Shown: piece after piece, positions 54,105 to 64,000 of the stretch
Numbering within the stretch: position 1 is the first letter of the stretch
How the letters are laid out: each line of letters opens with the position of its first letter
NCBI RefSeq assembly: GCF_036365525.1
Contig: NC_090399.1
Span: 50,004,430-50,068,429, forward strand
Source of the DNA: Heterodontus francisci
Taxonomy: Eukaryota
Direction: 5' to 3'
DNA: 64,000 nucleotides
Program-made: the position numbers and the translations under genes
The notes under the pieces: model-generated
Databases searched by the model: none
The model's input: only the letters and a program-made list of their open reading frames with translations
What the model was told of the DNA's origin: nothing

Positions 54105-54295
54105 TTCTGATGAAAGGTCATGTCTGAACCATTAATAAAAATATAAAGTATTGGAAACACTCATTAGCTCTGGCTGTATCTGTGGAGAGAGAGAAGCAGA
54201 GTTAACGTTTCAGGTCGGTGACCTTTCATCTGAAATGTTAACTCTCTCCACAGATGCTGCCTGACCTGCTCAGTATTTCCAGCATCTGCAGTAAA
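54105..54295. mobile_element. Penelope-like terminal remnants in inverted arrangement, with degenerate hammerhead-ribozyme-like cores
   Basis: CTGATGAAAGGTC at ~54107; minus strand GATGAAAGGTCACCGACCTGAAACGTTAAC at ~54230-54201; inverted TCTGTGGAGAG…CTCTCCACAGA arms. Confidence 0.55.
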
Positions 54296-54587
54296 TTATT
54301 TACAGCTTTTAGGTGCGAAGGTACAAACATATTTACAAACATTTGCTAACCAGGAGTTCTGAAAGAATGGATGTATAGTGCCCATAATGAGGGCTGATCT
54401 GCATAAATGTCCCGCTAGTGTTATGTATTTCAATTTTAGGCTGACGTTTGAGACATGACCAGTGGATAATCTGCATTTGAAGGGATGTTGCTGCTACTAG
54501 GGTAGGTCACAGACTGACTGTCAGCACTGTGCAGTCTTATTCCTGTCACACAGTCACCTTAATACCTTGGACCAAGCCAGCGAGGTA

Positions 54588-54920
54588 GTCAGCTGATCAG
54601 TCGCAGCCAATCAGGAACAACTACAGAGGCCATATTGTCACCATTGGCCAATGAGGTTGCCGAGGAGGATCACTGCTCCACTGGATCATTAATAGGTCAG
54701 AGCATTGGACAGGCCATATGACCATTGCTGCCCAGTGAGATTGCTCAAACGAATTATCAATCTACCAGATCACTAACGGGTCAAAGTGTTGGGCAGGTCA
54801 TGTGATCATTCCTGCCCAATGAGGATTGCGGCAATGAATTATCAATCCACTGAATCACGAGTGGATGAAGCGGTGGGCAGGTCATGTGATCACTGAACGT
54901 ACCCAATGAGATTGCTCAGC
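54588..54920. promoter_or_regulatory. 84-bp-period degenerate array carrying CCAAT boxes and E-boxes
   Basis: Units start at 54629, 54713, 54797 and 54881; CCAATGAG in three of four units; CATATG/CATGTG at the start of units 2-4. Confidence 0.5.
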
Positions 54921-55429
54921 AGGAGCACCTATCAGTATTAAAACTGTGCATCAACGCAGTAGCAGGGTCAAGCTCACTGCATTAGCCAGAAATGTCCATC
55001 CAAATAGATTGATGTCCAACTTAGATCAACAACAAATTGAAATTAATGCCACAGAGAATCAAATAGGATGTATAACAGGCGGCTTCATGACATCGCCCAC
55101 TTTACACTGTTGCCTGACATTCAAATGAAGCCCTGACCTAGAGCAGGGTCTGGGTTCACAGATCCAGTTATTAAACCAGTGCTTGTTCAGCACTCCCCTC
55201 ATTGTTGTCTGAATTGGGAGTGTTTGCAGGCATTAAAACAGCGGTTGCTCCTTTCTCATCAGAGTCCTGCGAAGATTGACTGATGTTGGAACCTAAGAAA
55301 CAGCAAACAATGAGGTGTCAGCAAATAAACCCAACAGAACATGATTCAAAGAAAGCCGTCTCATTCCATTCGGGTTAACTCATAATAGCGCGCAGAGAAG
55401 TGATGCGACACAGTTCACTGTCTCTTCGT

Positions 55430-55820
55430 ATCCATGTGACCTGTGCTGTGTCACGTGACCTGTGCTGTGTCACTCAGGGGTGACGTTGGCCAAGTTGAAC
55501 AGTTGAGAGTCGGGTCAGGAGCGGGTCACACTGCTTTGGCCTCACTTTCTCCAGTCACTGGGCTGGTGCGGAACGTGAAGCCTGGAGACCAGGAATGGCC
55601 ATCCCATAAACCATGGGCCATTCACAAAAACACCTGCACTGGGAATTTCCTCCACCTTCTCTCGTCCCACCATCACCATGATTTCAGGAGACAGCCCATT
55701 GGGAGGGAGAAGAGTTACAGGGTCACTGAGTTACAGGAGACTCTCGGGAGAATTCCCCACCCCTGTTACTGCCATTGTAATTAACAAACAGCACTCAGGA
55801 AAAGGCTTCACTTTCCTGTG
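55430..55820. promoter_or_regulatory. Candidate enhancer: GTCACGTGAC (55450), TGACGT (55481), NF-kB GGGAATTTCC (55641), kB-like site ~55747, IRF-like GGAAAGTGAA (55816-55807)
   Basis: Motif matches in unique sequence ~4.7-5.1 kb upstream of the class I-like ATG. Confidence 0.35.
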
Positions 55821-56164
55821 ATCCCTCTCTGCTTCCTGTCTGCCAGTCAACTCCCCTCCACTCCACTCCCCTCGCCTTCTGCTCCCCTCCCCTCCCTCCC
55901 ATTCTCTCCCCTCTACCGCTTCCCCACTCATTCCTTCCCCTCCCCCGCCACTCCCCTCACCCCCCCTTTCTCTCTCCTCTTCTCCCTTCCCCTCTCCTCC
56001 CCTCCATCCTCTCACATCTCCTCTCCTCCCTTTTCCCTCTCACATTCCTCCCCCTCCATTGCCTCCCTCACTGTCTTGTCCTAGCCCCACCTCCTCCCTC
56101 ACCTCGACTCCTGCTCTCCCTCACGCCTCCCATCCTCTGCCCTTCCTTTGCCTCTCCTCTTAGG

Positions 56165-56612
56165 TGTGTCAGCCACGGCTCAGTTTGTAGCACTCTCGCT
56201 TCTGAGTCACCCGGTTCTGGGTACAAGTCCTACTCCAGCGCTAGAGGTCAAAAATCAAGACTGACACTCCAGTACAACACTGAGGGAGTGCTGCACTGCC
56301 AGAAGTGCTGTCTTTCCAATGAGGCATTAAACTGAACCCCTGTCTGCCCTATTTGGTGAATGTAAAAGATCCCATGCACAATTTCAAAGAAGAGCAGCCC
56401 AGTTATTTCTGGTATCCAGGCCACTATTTATCTCAATCAACATTACAAAACAATGATAATCTAGTCATCATCATAGTGCTGTTTGTGGGATCTTGCTGTG
56501 CGCATACTGGCTGCTGCGTTTCCTACGTTGCAACTGTGACTACACTTCACAAGTACTTCATTGAGATGCCCGATGGTCATGAAAGGCGCGATATAAATGA
56601 AAGTCTTTTCTT
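56165..56612 (+). mobile_element. Near full-length tRNA-headed Deu-domain SINE (SacSINE1-like)
   Basis: GGCTCAG...box-A/B-like head, single ACTGAGGGAGTGCTGCACTG segment, GTAAAAGATCCCATG, GTGGGATCTTGCTGTG, 3' GAAAGGCGCGATATAAATG tail. Confidence 0.8.
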
Positions 56613-57003
56613 TTCTTCCCCTTCACTGCCCCTCTGCCCTTACCTTCCTCACTTTGCCCTGCTCCTCACCCCACTAACTCTCTCCCGCTTACACCCTCCT
56701 CCAGATTCCATACACAGGCTGATGAACTTTGCAATGACACAGTGCTCATTCCCAGGGTGACATCACTCTCTGCATACTTTGTGCTAAAGGTTGGTCCATG
56801 TATCTCGGCTCCACATTCCTATTTTACTTACTTCCTGTCTCAGGAGAACCCAAGTCGGATCCTAAAGAAATAAAAAGACACACGTTCAGAAACTGCGAAA
56901 TCAGCGTGAAAATATTAAAATCAGTGACAGACATTTCAAAGTGCTTCAAAAATCGAACTTCTTTCACGAGTGTGTCGTCAGATAAACAACAGGGTAAAAT
57001 TCC

Positions 57004-57026
57004 TCACGGATTATTCCCCTTGGAAC
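57004..57026 (-). CDS. Possible final coding exon of the upstream TM gene (GSKGNNP*)
   Basis: First unique sequence after the 33- and 25-bp arrays; acceptor ttgttctgaacctacag|GT gives a short phase-1 tail and stop. Weak support. Confidence 0.25.
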
Positions 57027-57077
57027 CTGTAGGTTCAGAACAAGGGCCATGGAAAGGCCAGAAGCAAGACACTAGGA

Positions 57078-59305
57078 GATGGGATCAGACAGGACACAGG
57101 GAGATGGGAATAGACAGGACAGAGGGAGATGGGATGAGACAGGACAGAGGGAGATGGGATTAGACAGGACAGAGGGAGATGGGATGAGACAGGACAGAGG
57201 GAGATGGGATTAGACAGGACAGAGGGAGATGGGATGAGACAGGATGCAGGGAGATGGGATGAGACAGGATGCAGGGAGATGGGATAAAACAGGACACAGA
57301 GAGATGGGATTAGACAGGATGCAGAGAGATGGGATTAGACAGGACACAGAGAGATGGGATTAGACAGGATGCAGGGAGATGGGATTAGACAGTTTGCAGG
57401 GAGATGGGATTAGACAGGATGCAGAGAGATGGGATGATACAGGACGCAGAGTGATGGGATGAGACAGGATGCAGGGAGATGGGATAAAACAGGACACAGA
57501 GAGATGGGATTAGACAGGATGCAGGGAGATGGGATTAGACAGTTTGCAGGGAGATGGGATTAGACAGGATGCAGAGAGATGGGATTAGACAGGCCACAGA
57601 GAGATGGGATTAGACAGGATGCAGAGAGATGGGATTAGACAGGACACAGAGAGATGGGATGATACAGGACACAGAGAGATGGGATGAGACAGGATGCAGG
57701 GAGATGGAATGGGACAGGACACAGAGAGATGGGATGAGACAGGATGCAGGGAGATGGAATGGGACAGGACACAGAGAGATGGGATGATACAGGACACAGA
57801 GAGATGGGATTAGACAGGATGCAGAGAGATGGGATTAGACAGGCCACAGAGAGATGGGATTAGACAGGATGCAGAGAGATGGGATTAGACAGGACACAGA
57901 GAGATGGGATGATACAGGACACAGAGAGATGGGATGAGACAGGATGCAGGGAGATGGAATGGGACAGGACACAGGGAGATGGGATGAGACAGGACACAGA
58001 GAGATGGGATGATACAGGACACAGAGAGATGGGATTAGACAGGATGCAGAGAGATGGGATTAGACAGGCCACAGAGAGATGGGATTAGACAGGATGCAGA
58101 GAGATGGGATTAGACAGGACACAGAGAGATGGGATGATACAGGACACAGAGAGATGGGATGAGACAGGATGCAGGGAGATGGAATGGGACAGGACACAGG
58201 GAGATGGGATGAGACAGGACACAGAGAGATGGGATGAGACAGGACACAGAGAGATAGGATTAGACAGGACACAGAGAGATGGGATGAGACAGGACACAGA
58301 GAGATAGGATTAGACAGGACACAGAGAGATGGGATGAGACAGGACACAGAGAGATAGGATTAGACAGGACACAGAGAGATGGGATGAGACAGGACACAGA
58401 GAGATAGGATTAGACAGGACACAGAGAGATGGGATGAGACAGGACACAGAGAGATAGGATTAGACAGGACACAGAGAGATGGGATGAGACAGGACACAGA
58501 GAGATAGGATTAGACAGGACACAGAGAGATGGGATGAGACAGGATGCAGGGAGATGGAATGAGACAGTTTCAGGGAGATGGGATTAGACAGACACAGAGA
58601 GATGGGATTAGACAGGACACAGAGAGATGGGATGAGACAGGACACAGAGAGATGGGATGAGACAGTTTCAGGGAGATGGGATTAGACAGGACACAGAGAG
58701 ATGGGATTAGACAGGACACAGAGAGATGGGATTAGACAGGCCACAGAGAGATGGGATTAGACAGGACACAGAGAGATGGGATTAGACAGGACACAGAGAG
58801 ATGGGATTAGACAGTTTCAGGGAGATGGGATTAGACAGGACACAGAGAGATGGGATTAGACAGTTTCAGGGAGATGGGATTAGACAGGACACAGAGAGAT
58901 GGGATTAGACAGGACACAGAGAGATGGGATTAGACAGGCCACAGAGAGATGGGATGAGACAGGACACAGAGAGATGGGATTAGACAGGACACAGAGAGAT
59001 GGGATTAGACAGGACACAGAGAGATGGGATTAGACAGGCCACAGAGAGATGGGATGAGACAGGACACAGAGAGATGGGATTAGACAGGACACAGAGAGAT
59101 GGGATTAGACAGGACACAGAGAGATGGGATGAGACAGGACACAGAGAGATGGGATTAGACAGTTTCAGGGAGATGGGATTAGACAGGACACAGAGAGATG
59201 GGATTAGACAGGACACAGAGAGATGGGATTAGACAGGACACAGAGAGATGGGATTAGACAGTTTCAGGGAGATGGGATTAGACAGGACACAGAGAGATGG
59301 GATTG
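57078..59305 (+). repeat. 25-bp purine-rich minisatellite (GAGAGATGGGATTAGACAGGACACA)
   Basis: Direct reading, ~89 units. Confidence 0.96.
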
Positions 59306-59344
59306 GGGACGCAGTTGTGGCGTGTGGGTGGCGGTTGCACCCAA

Positions 59345-62275
59345 TACTGATTGAGTGCTGCACTGTCGGAGGGGCAGTACTCAGGGAGTGCTGCACTATC
59401 AGAGGGGCAGTACTGAGTGAGTGCTGCACTGTCGGAGGGGCAGTACTCAGGGAGTGCTGCACTGTCAGAGGGGCAGTACTGAATGAGTGCTGCACTGTCA
59501 GAGGGGCAGTACTGAGTGAATGCTGCACTATCAGAGGGTCAGTACTGAGGGGGTGTTGCACTGTCAGAGGGGCAGTACTGAGTGAGTGCTGCACAGTCAG
59601 AGGGGCAGTACTGAATGAGTGCTGCACTGTCAGAGGGGCAGTACTGAATGAGTGCTGCACTGTCAGAGGGGCAGTACTGAGTGAATGCTGCACTATCAGA
59701 GGGTCAGTACTGAGGGGGTGTTGCACTGTCAGAGGGGCAGTACTGAGTGAGTGCTGCACTGTCAGAGGGGCAGTACTGAGTGAGTGCTGCACTGTCGGAA
59801 GGGCAGTACTGAGTGAGTGCTGCACTGTCCGAGGGTCAGTACTGAGTGAGTGCTGCACTGTCCGAGGGTCCGTACTGAGGGAGTGTTGCACTGTCGGAGG
59901 GGCAGTACTGAGTGAATGCTGCACTGTCAGAGGGTCAGTACTGAGGGAATGCTGCACTGTAAGAGGGGCTGTACTGAGTGAGTGCTGCACTGTCAGAGGG
60001 GCAGTACTGAGGGAGTGTTGCACTGTCAGAGGGGCAGTACTGAGGGAGTGTTGCACTGTCAGAGGGGCAGTACTGAGTGAGTGCTGCATTGTCAGAGGGG
60101 CAGTACTGAGTGAGTGCTGCACTGTCAGAGGGGCAGTACTGAGTGAGTGCTGCATTGTCAGAGGGGCAGTACTGAGGGGGTGTTGCACTGTCAGAGGGAC
60201 AGTACTGAGGGATTGCTGCACTGTCAGAGGGGCAGTACTGAGTGAGTGCTGCACTGTCAGAGGGGCAGTACTGAGGGAGTGTTGCACTGTCAGAGGGGCA
60301 GTACTGAGTGAGTGCTGCACTGTCAGAGGGGCAGTACTGAGTGAGTGCTGCACTGTCAGTGGGTCAGTACTGAGGGGGTGTTGCACTGTCGGAGGGGCGT
60401 TACTGAGTGAGTGCTGCACTGTGAGAGGGGCAGTACTGAGTGAGTGCTGCACTGTCAGAGGGGCAGTACTGAGTGAGTGCTGCACTGTCGGAAGGGCAGT
60501 ACTGAGTGAGTGCTGCACTGTCCGAGGGTCAGTACTGAGTGAGTGCTGCACTGTCCGAGGGTCCGTACTGAGGGAGTGTTGCACTGTCGGAGGGGCAGTA
60601 CTGAGTGAATGCTGCACTGTCAGAGGGTCAGTACTGAGGGAATGCTGCACTGTAAGAGGGGCTGTACTGAGTGAGTGCTGCACTGTCAGAGGGGCAGTAC
60701 TGAGGGAGTGTTGCACTGTCAGAGGGGCAGTACTGAGGGAGTGTTGCACTGTCAGAGGGGCAGTACTGAGTGAGTGCTGCATTGTCAGAGGGGCAGTACT
60801 GAGTGAGTGCTGCACTGTCAGAGGGGCAGTACTGAGTGAGTGCTGCATTGTCAGAGGGGCAGTACTGAGGGGGTGTTGCACTGTCAGAGGGACAGTACTG
60901 AGGGATTGCTGCACTGTCAGAGGGGCAGTACTGAGTGAGTGCTGCACTGTCAGAGGGGCAGTACTGAGGGAGTGTTGCACTGTCAGAGGGGCAGTACTGA
61001 GTGAGTGCTGCACTGTCAGAAGGGCAGTACTGAGTGAGTGCTGCACTGTCAGAGGGGCAGTACTGAGGGGGTGTTGCACTGTCGGAGGGGCGTTACTGAG
61101 TGAGTGCTGCACTGTGAGAGGGGCAGTACTGAGTGAGTGCTGCACTGTCAGAGGGTCAGTACTGAGTGAGTGCTGCACTGTCAGAGGGGCAGTACTGAGT
61201 GAGTGTTGCACTGTCAGAGGGGCAGTACTGAGTGAGTGTTGCACTGTCAGAGGGTCAGTACTGAGTGAGTGCTGCACTGTCAGAGGGGCAGTACTGAGTG
61301 AGTGTTGCACTGTCGGAGGGTCAGTACTGAGGGAGTGCTGCACTGTCAGAGGGGCAGTATGGAGGGAGTGCTGCACTGTCAGAGGGTCAGTACTGAGTGA
61401 GTGCTGCACTATCGAGTGTCAGTACTGAGGCAGTGCTACACTGTCTGAGGGTCAGTACCAAGGGAGTGCTGCAGTATCGGAGTGTCAGTACTGAGGGAGT
61501 GCGGCACTATCGGAGTGTCAGTACTGATGGGGTGCTGCACTGTCAGAGGGTCAGTACTGAGGGAATGCTGCACTGTAAGAGGGGCTGTACTGAGTGAGTG
61601 CTGCACTGTCAGAGGGTCAGTACTGAGTGAGTGCTGCACTGTCAGAGGGGCAGTACTGAGTGAGTGTTGCACTGTCAGAGGGGCAGTACTGAGTGAGTGT
61701 TGCACTGTCAGAGGGTCAGTACTGAGTGAGTGCTGCACTGTCAGAGGGGCAGTACTGAGTGAGTGTTGCACTGTCGGAGGGTCAGTACTGAGGGAGTGCT
61801 GCACTGTCAGAGGGGCAGTATGGAGGGAGTGCTGCACTGTCAGAGGGTCAGTACTGAGTGAGTGCTGCACTATCGAGTGTCAGTACTGAGGCAGTGCTAC
61901 ACTGTCTGAGGGTCAGTACCAAGGGAGTGCTGCAGTATCGGAGTGTCAGTACTGAGGGAGTGCGGCACTATCGGAGTGTCAGTACTGATGGGGTGCTGCA
62001 CTGTCAGAGGGTCAGTACTGAGGGAGTGCTGCACTATCAGAGGGTCAGTACTGAGGGAGTGCTGCACTATCGGAGTGTCAGTACTGATGGGGTGCTGCTC
62101 TATCAGAGGGTCAGTACTGAGGGAGTGCTGCACTATCGGAGTGTCAGTACTGATGGGGTGCTGCTCTATCAGAGGGTCAGTACTGAGGGAGTGCTGCACT
62201 ATCGGAGTGTCAGTACTGATTGGGTGCTGCACTGCCAGAATGGCCATGCTGAGGCAGAGCTGCACTGTCAGAAAT
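59345..62275 (+). repeat. 33-bp minisatellite (GAGTGCTGCACTGTCAGAGGGGCAGTACTGAGT) expanded from within a Deu-SINE; SINE 3' body continues 62275-62585
   Basis: 11-aa periodic ORF (ECCTVRGAVLS); the unit matches the single-copy SINE segment at ~56270-56305; downstream flank is SINE body and tail. Confidence 0.93.
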
Positions 62276-62654
62276 GCCGTCTTTTAGATCAGGAGTCAGA
62301 TTGATGCCCAGTCTGTCCTTTCAAGGGAATGTAAAAGATCCTATCTCCCTCTGTTAGGATGAGCAGCGAAGTTCTCCATAGTAACAGTTATATAAACCAC
62401 AATCGCTACAACAGAGTATTTGGTCATTAGCACACTGCTGTTTATGGGATCTTGCTGTGTACAAATACTTGCCATGCTTTCTACATTAAAACAGTGACAA
62501 TCTGCAGGGCATTTCATTGGCAGTAAAGTGCTTTTGGAGGTCTAGAGGCTTTGAAAGGTGCTATATCAATGCAAGTCTTTCCTTTTAATAAAACCTGAGG
62601 ATCACTTGGAGACAGTTGAGTGATGACTGTGGGGAGTAAATGATGAAATCTTAC

Positions 62655-62798
62655 CATTCTTTAAACACCAGCCCAGTCCGGAGTTCTTTCCATTTTTATA
62701 CTTGTACAAAACAGCAGCAACAGCACCGATGAAGCAAAGCAAGACAATCACCAAAACGATAGAGACAATTATCCCCGTTTTCGAACCATTGCGTTCAT
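62655..62798 (-). CDS. Transmembrane exon of a second type I membrane protein gene whose 5' part lies beyond the window (DERNGSKTGIIVSIVLVIVLLCFIGAVAAVLYKYKNGKNSGLGWCLKN)
   Basis: Acceptor ttcttgttcactcag|AT, donor ATG|GTAAGA, 144 nt phase 1-1; ~23-aa hydrophobic segment followed by basic stop-transfer YKYK. Confidence 0.8.
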
Positions 62799-63399
62799 CT
62801 GAGTGAACAAGAATAAGGTAAGTCTCTGCTCCTAACACATACACTGAGCCTAGATTATCCTCACCCAGTGTAATGGGGAGAGACAGTCTCAGCTTCCAGT
62901 GCACTGACCCCAGCCCGGAATGTCCCCACCCAGTGTAACGGGGAAAGACAGTCTCAGCTTCCATTGCACTGATCCCAGCCCAGACAGTTCTACAGCGATG
63001 TCCGGAGTTTTGTCACTGCCCTTGTGATTCAGGAGAGAGGAAGAGGGACAATGGTCCTCGAGTGATATTCCTGGCTGTGGGGAACATTTGCATTAATCCA
63101 GTGCAAACCAGGTGCTCTAAGGCAGCTGAAGTCCATTAGATGGGGAGCAATGACAGGACGGAAGATGCTGACGTTAAACTGTCGGCACCTTACAGGACAG
63201 GGGTTGGAATGGCCGGCAGTTAAAGGGACAGTCAGGATTAAGCAGTGGGTAAATACAGCTTACATAGCAACAAGGACTCAGGGAGAATGTCAATTCACCG
63301 AGCAGATTACCACTTACAGGATAATCAAGCATCAAAGCTTCTTCCAACTTTTCCACAACACAGGCAAGGATCCTTTTATTGTGGGATCAGCATAACCTC

Positions 63400-63850
63400 G
63401 TGTTATTCCCATTCTTTACCTTGTGTAATACCAAATCCGTACCCCAGGTTTTCCCCATTCTTTACCCAAGGTTTTCCCCATTCTTTACCCAAGGTTTTTC
63501 CCATTCCGTACCCTGGGTTATTCTTATTCTTTGCCCTGTGTAATTCCCAGTCCAAACCCCCCTGGGTTATTCCCATTCCTTAGTCTTGGTGTAGTCTTCT
63601 GTACCCCAGCCTATTCCAATTTCTTACCCTGGTTTATTCCCATACCTTAGTCTTGGTTATTCCCATTCTGTACCCCAGGCTATTCCCGTTTCTTACCCCG
63701 GTTTATTCCCATTTCAGACCCTGGGTTATTCCCATTCTTTATCTTGGGTTATTCCTTACCTCAGGGTATTCCCATTTCTCACCCTGAGTTATTCCCATTC
63801 TTCACCCCAAGTGATTCACGTTCCATAACTCATGTTTTTCCCATTCCTCA
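63400..63850 (+). repeat. Degenerate ~22-bp tandem repeat (TTATTCCCATTCTTTACCCxGGG)
   Basis: Direct reading. Confidence 0.75.
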
Positions 63851-63856
63851 CGCTGT

Positions 63857-64000
63857 TTTTTTTTATTGGTTCATGGGATGTGGGTGTCGCTGGCCAGGCA
63901 GCATTTATTGCCCATCCCTAATTGCCCTTGAGAAGGTGGTGGTGAGCTGCCTTCTTTAACCACTGCAGTCCATTTGGGGTAGGTACACCCACAGTGCTGT
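63857..64000 (-). mobile_element. 3' end of a CR1-group LINE, same family as 50095-50238
   Basis: Reverse complement of the 50095-50238 tail (GAGAAGGTGGTGGTGAGCTGCCTTCTT…GGGTAGGTACACCCACAGTGCTGT). Confidence 0.85.

Noticed and set aside
54629-54920. C2H2 zinc-finger array suggested by the 84-bp period
   Set aside because: No CxxC/HxxxH pattern; stops in all six frames of the unit checked.
1-62275. CRISPR-like arrays
   Set aside because: The repeats are head-to-tail without unique spacers, there are no cas genes, and the context is eukaryotic.
59229-62304. 726-aa Cys-rich (ECCTVRGAVLS) keratin-associated-like ORF
   Set aside because: SINE-derived 33-bp minisatellite; the antisense ORF is equally long.

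Overview
Eukaryotic, intron-rich DNA, most likely from a cartilaginous fish (shark). This is inferred from the repeat landscape: CR1/L2/RTE LINEs, Deu-domain and HE1-like SINEs, Penelope-type termini. About half of the window (~34 kb) is five large minisatellite arrays (27, 44, 24, 25 and 33 bp units), which account for nearly all of the long repetitive ORFs in the track. Hidden between the repeats on the minus strand is a complete, in-frame but very divergent MHC class I-like gene: leader 50741-50663, alpha1 41895-41647, alpha2 39136-38864, alpha3 24024-23749 and a TM-like exon 21653-21568(stop), about 320 aa, all introns phase 1. It keeps only ~1 of the 8 classical peptide-anchoring residues and has a hydrophobic predicted groove. 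It also has an extra Cys pair in alpha2, a GC-AG intron almost entirely filled by a 14.7-kb minisatellite, and a C-terminus that stops right after the hydrophobic segment. That C-terminus looks like a GPI-anchor signal; the alternative is a frameshifted cytoplasmic tail. A TM exon of a second minus-strand type I membrane gene lies at 62798-62655. Between the two genes are candidate regulatory elements: an 84-bp-phased CCAAT/E-box array and a kB/IRF/CLEAR cluster. All calls are by eye; no database searches were run.
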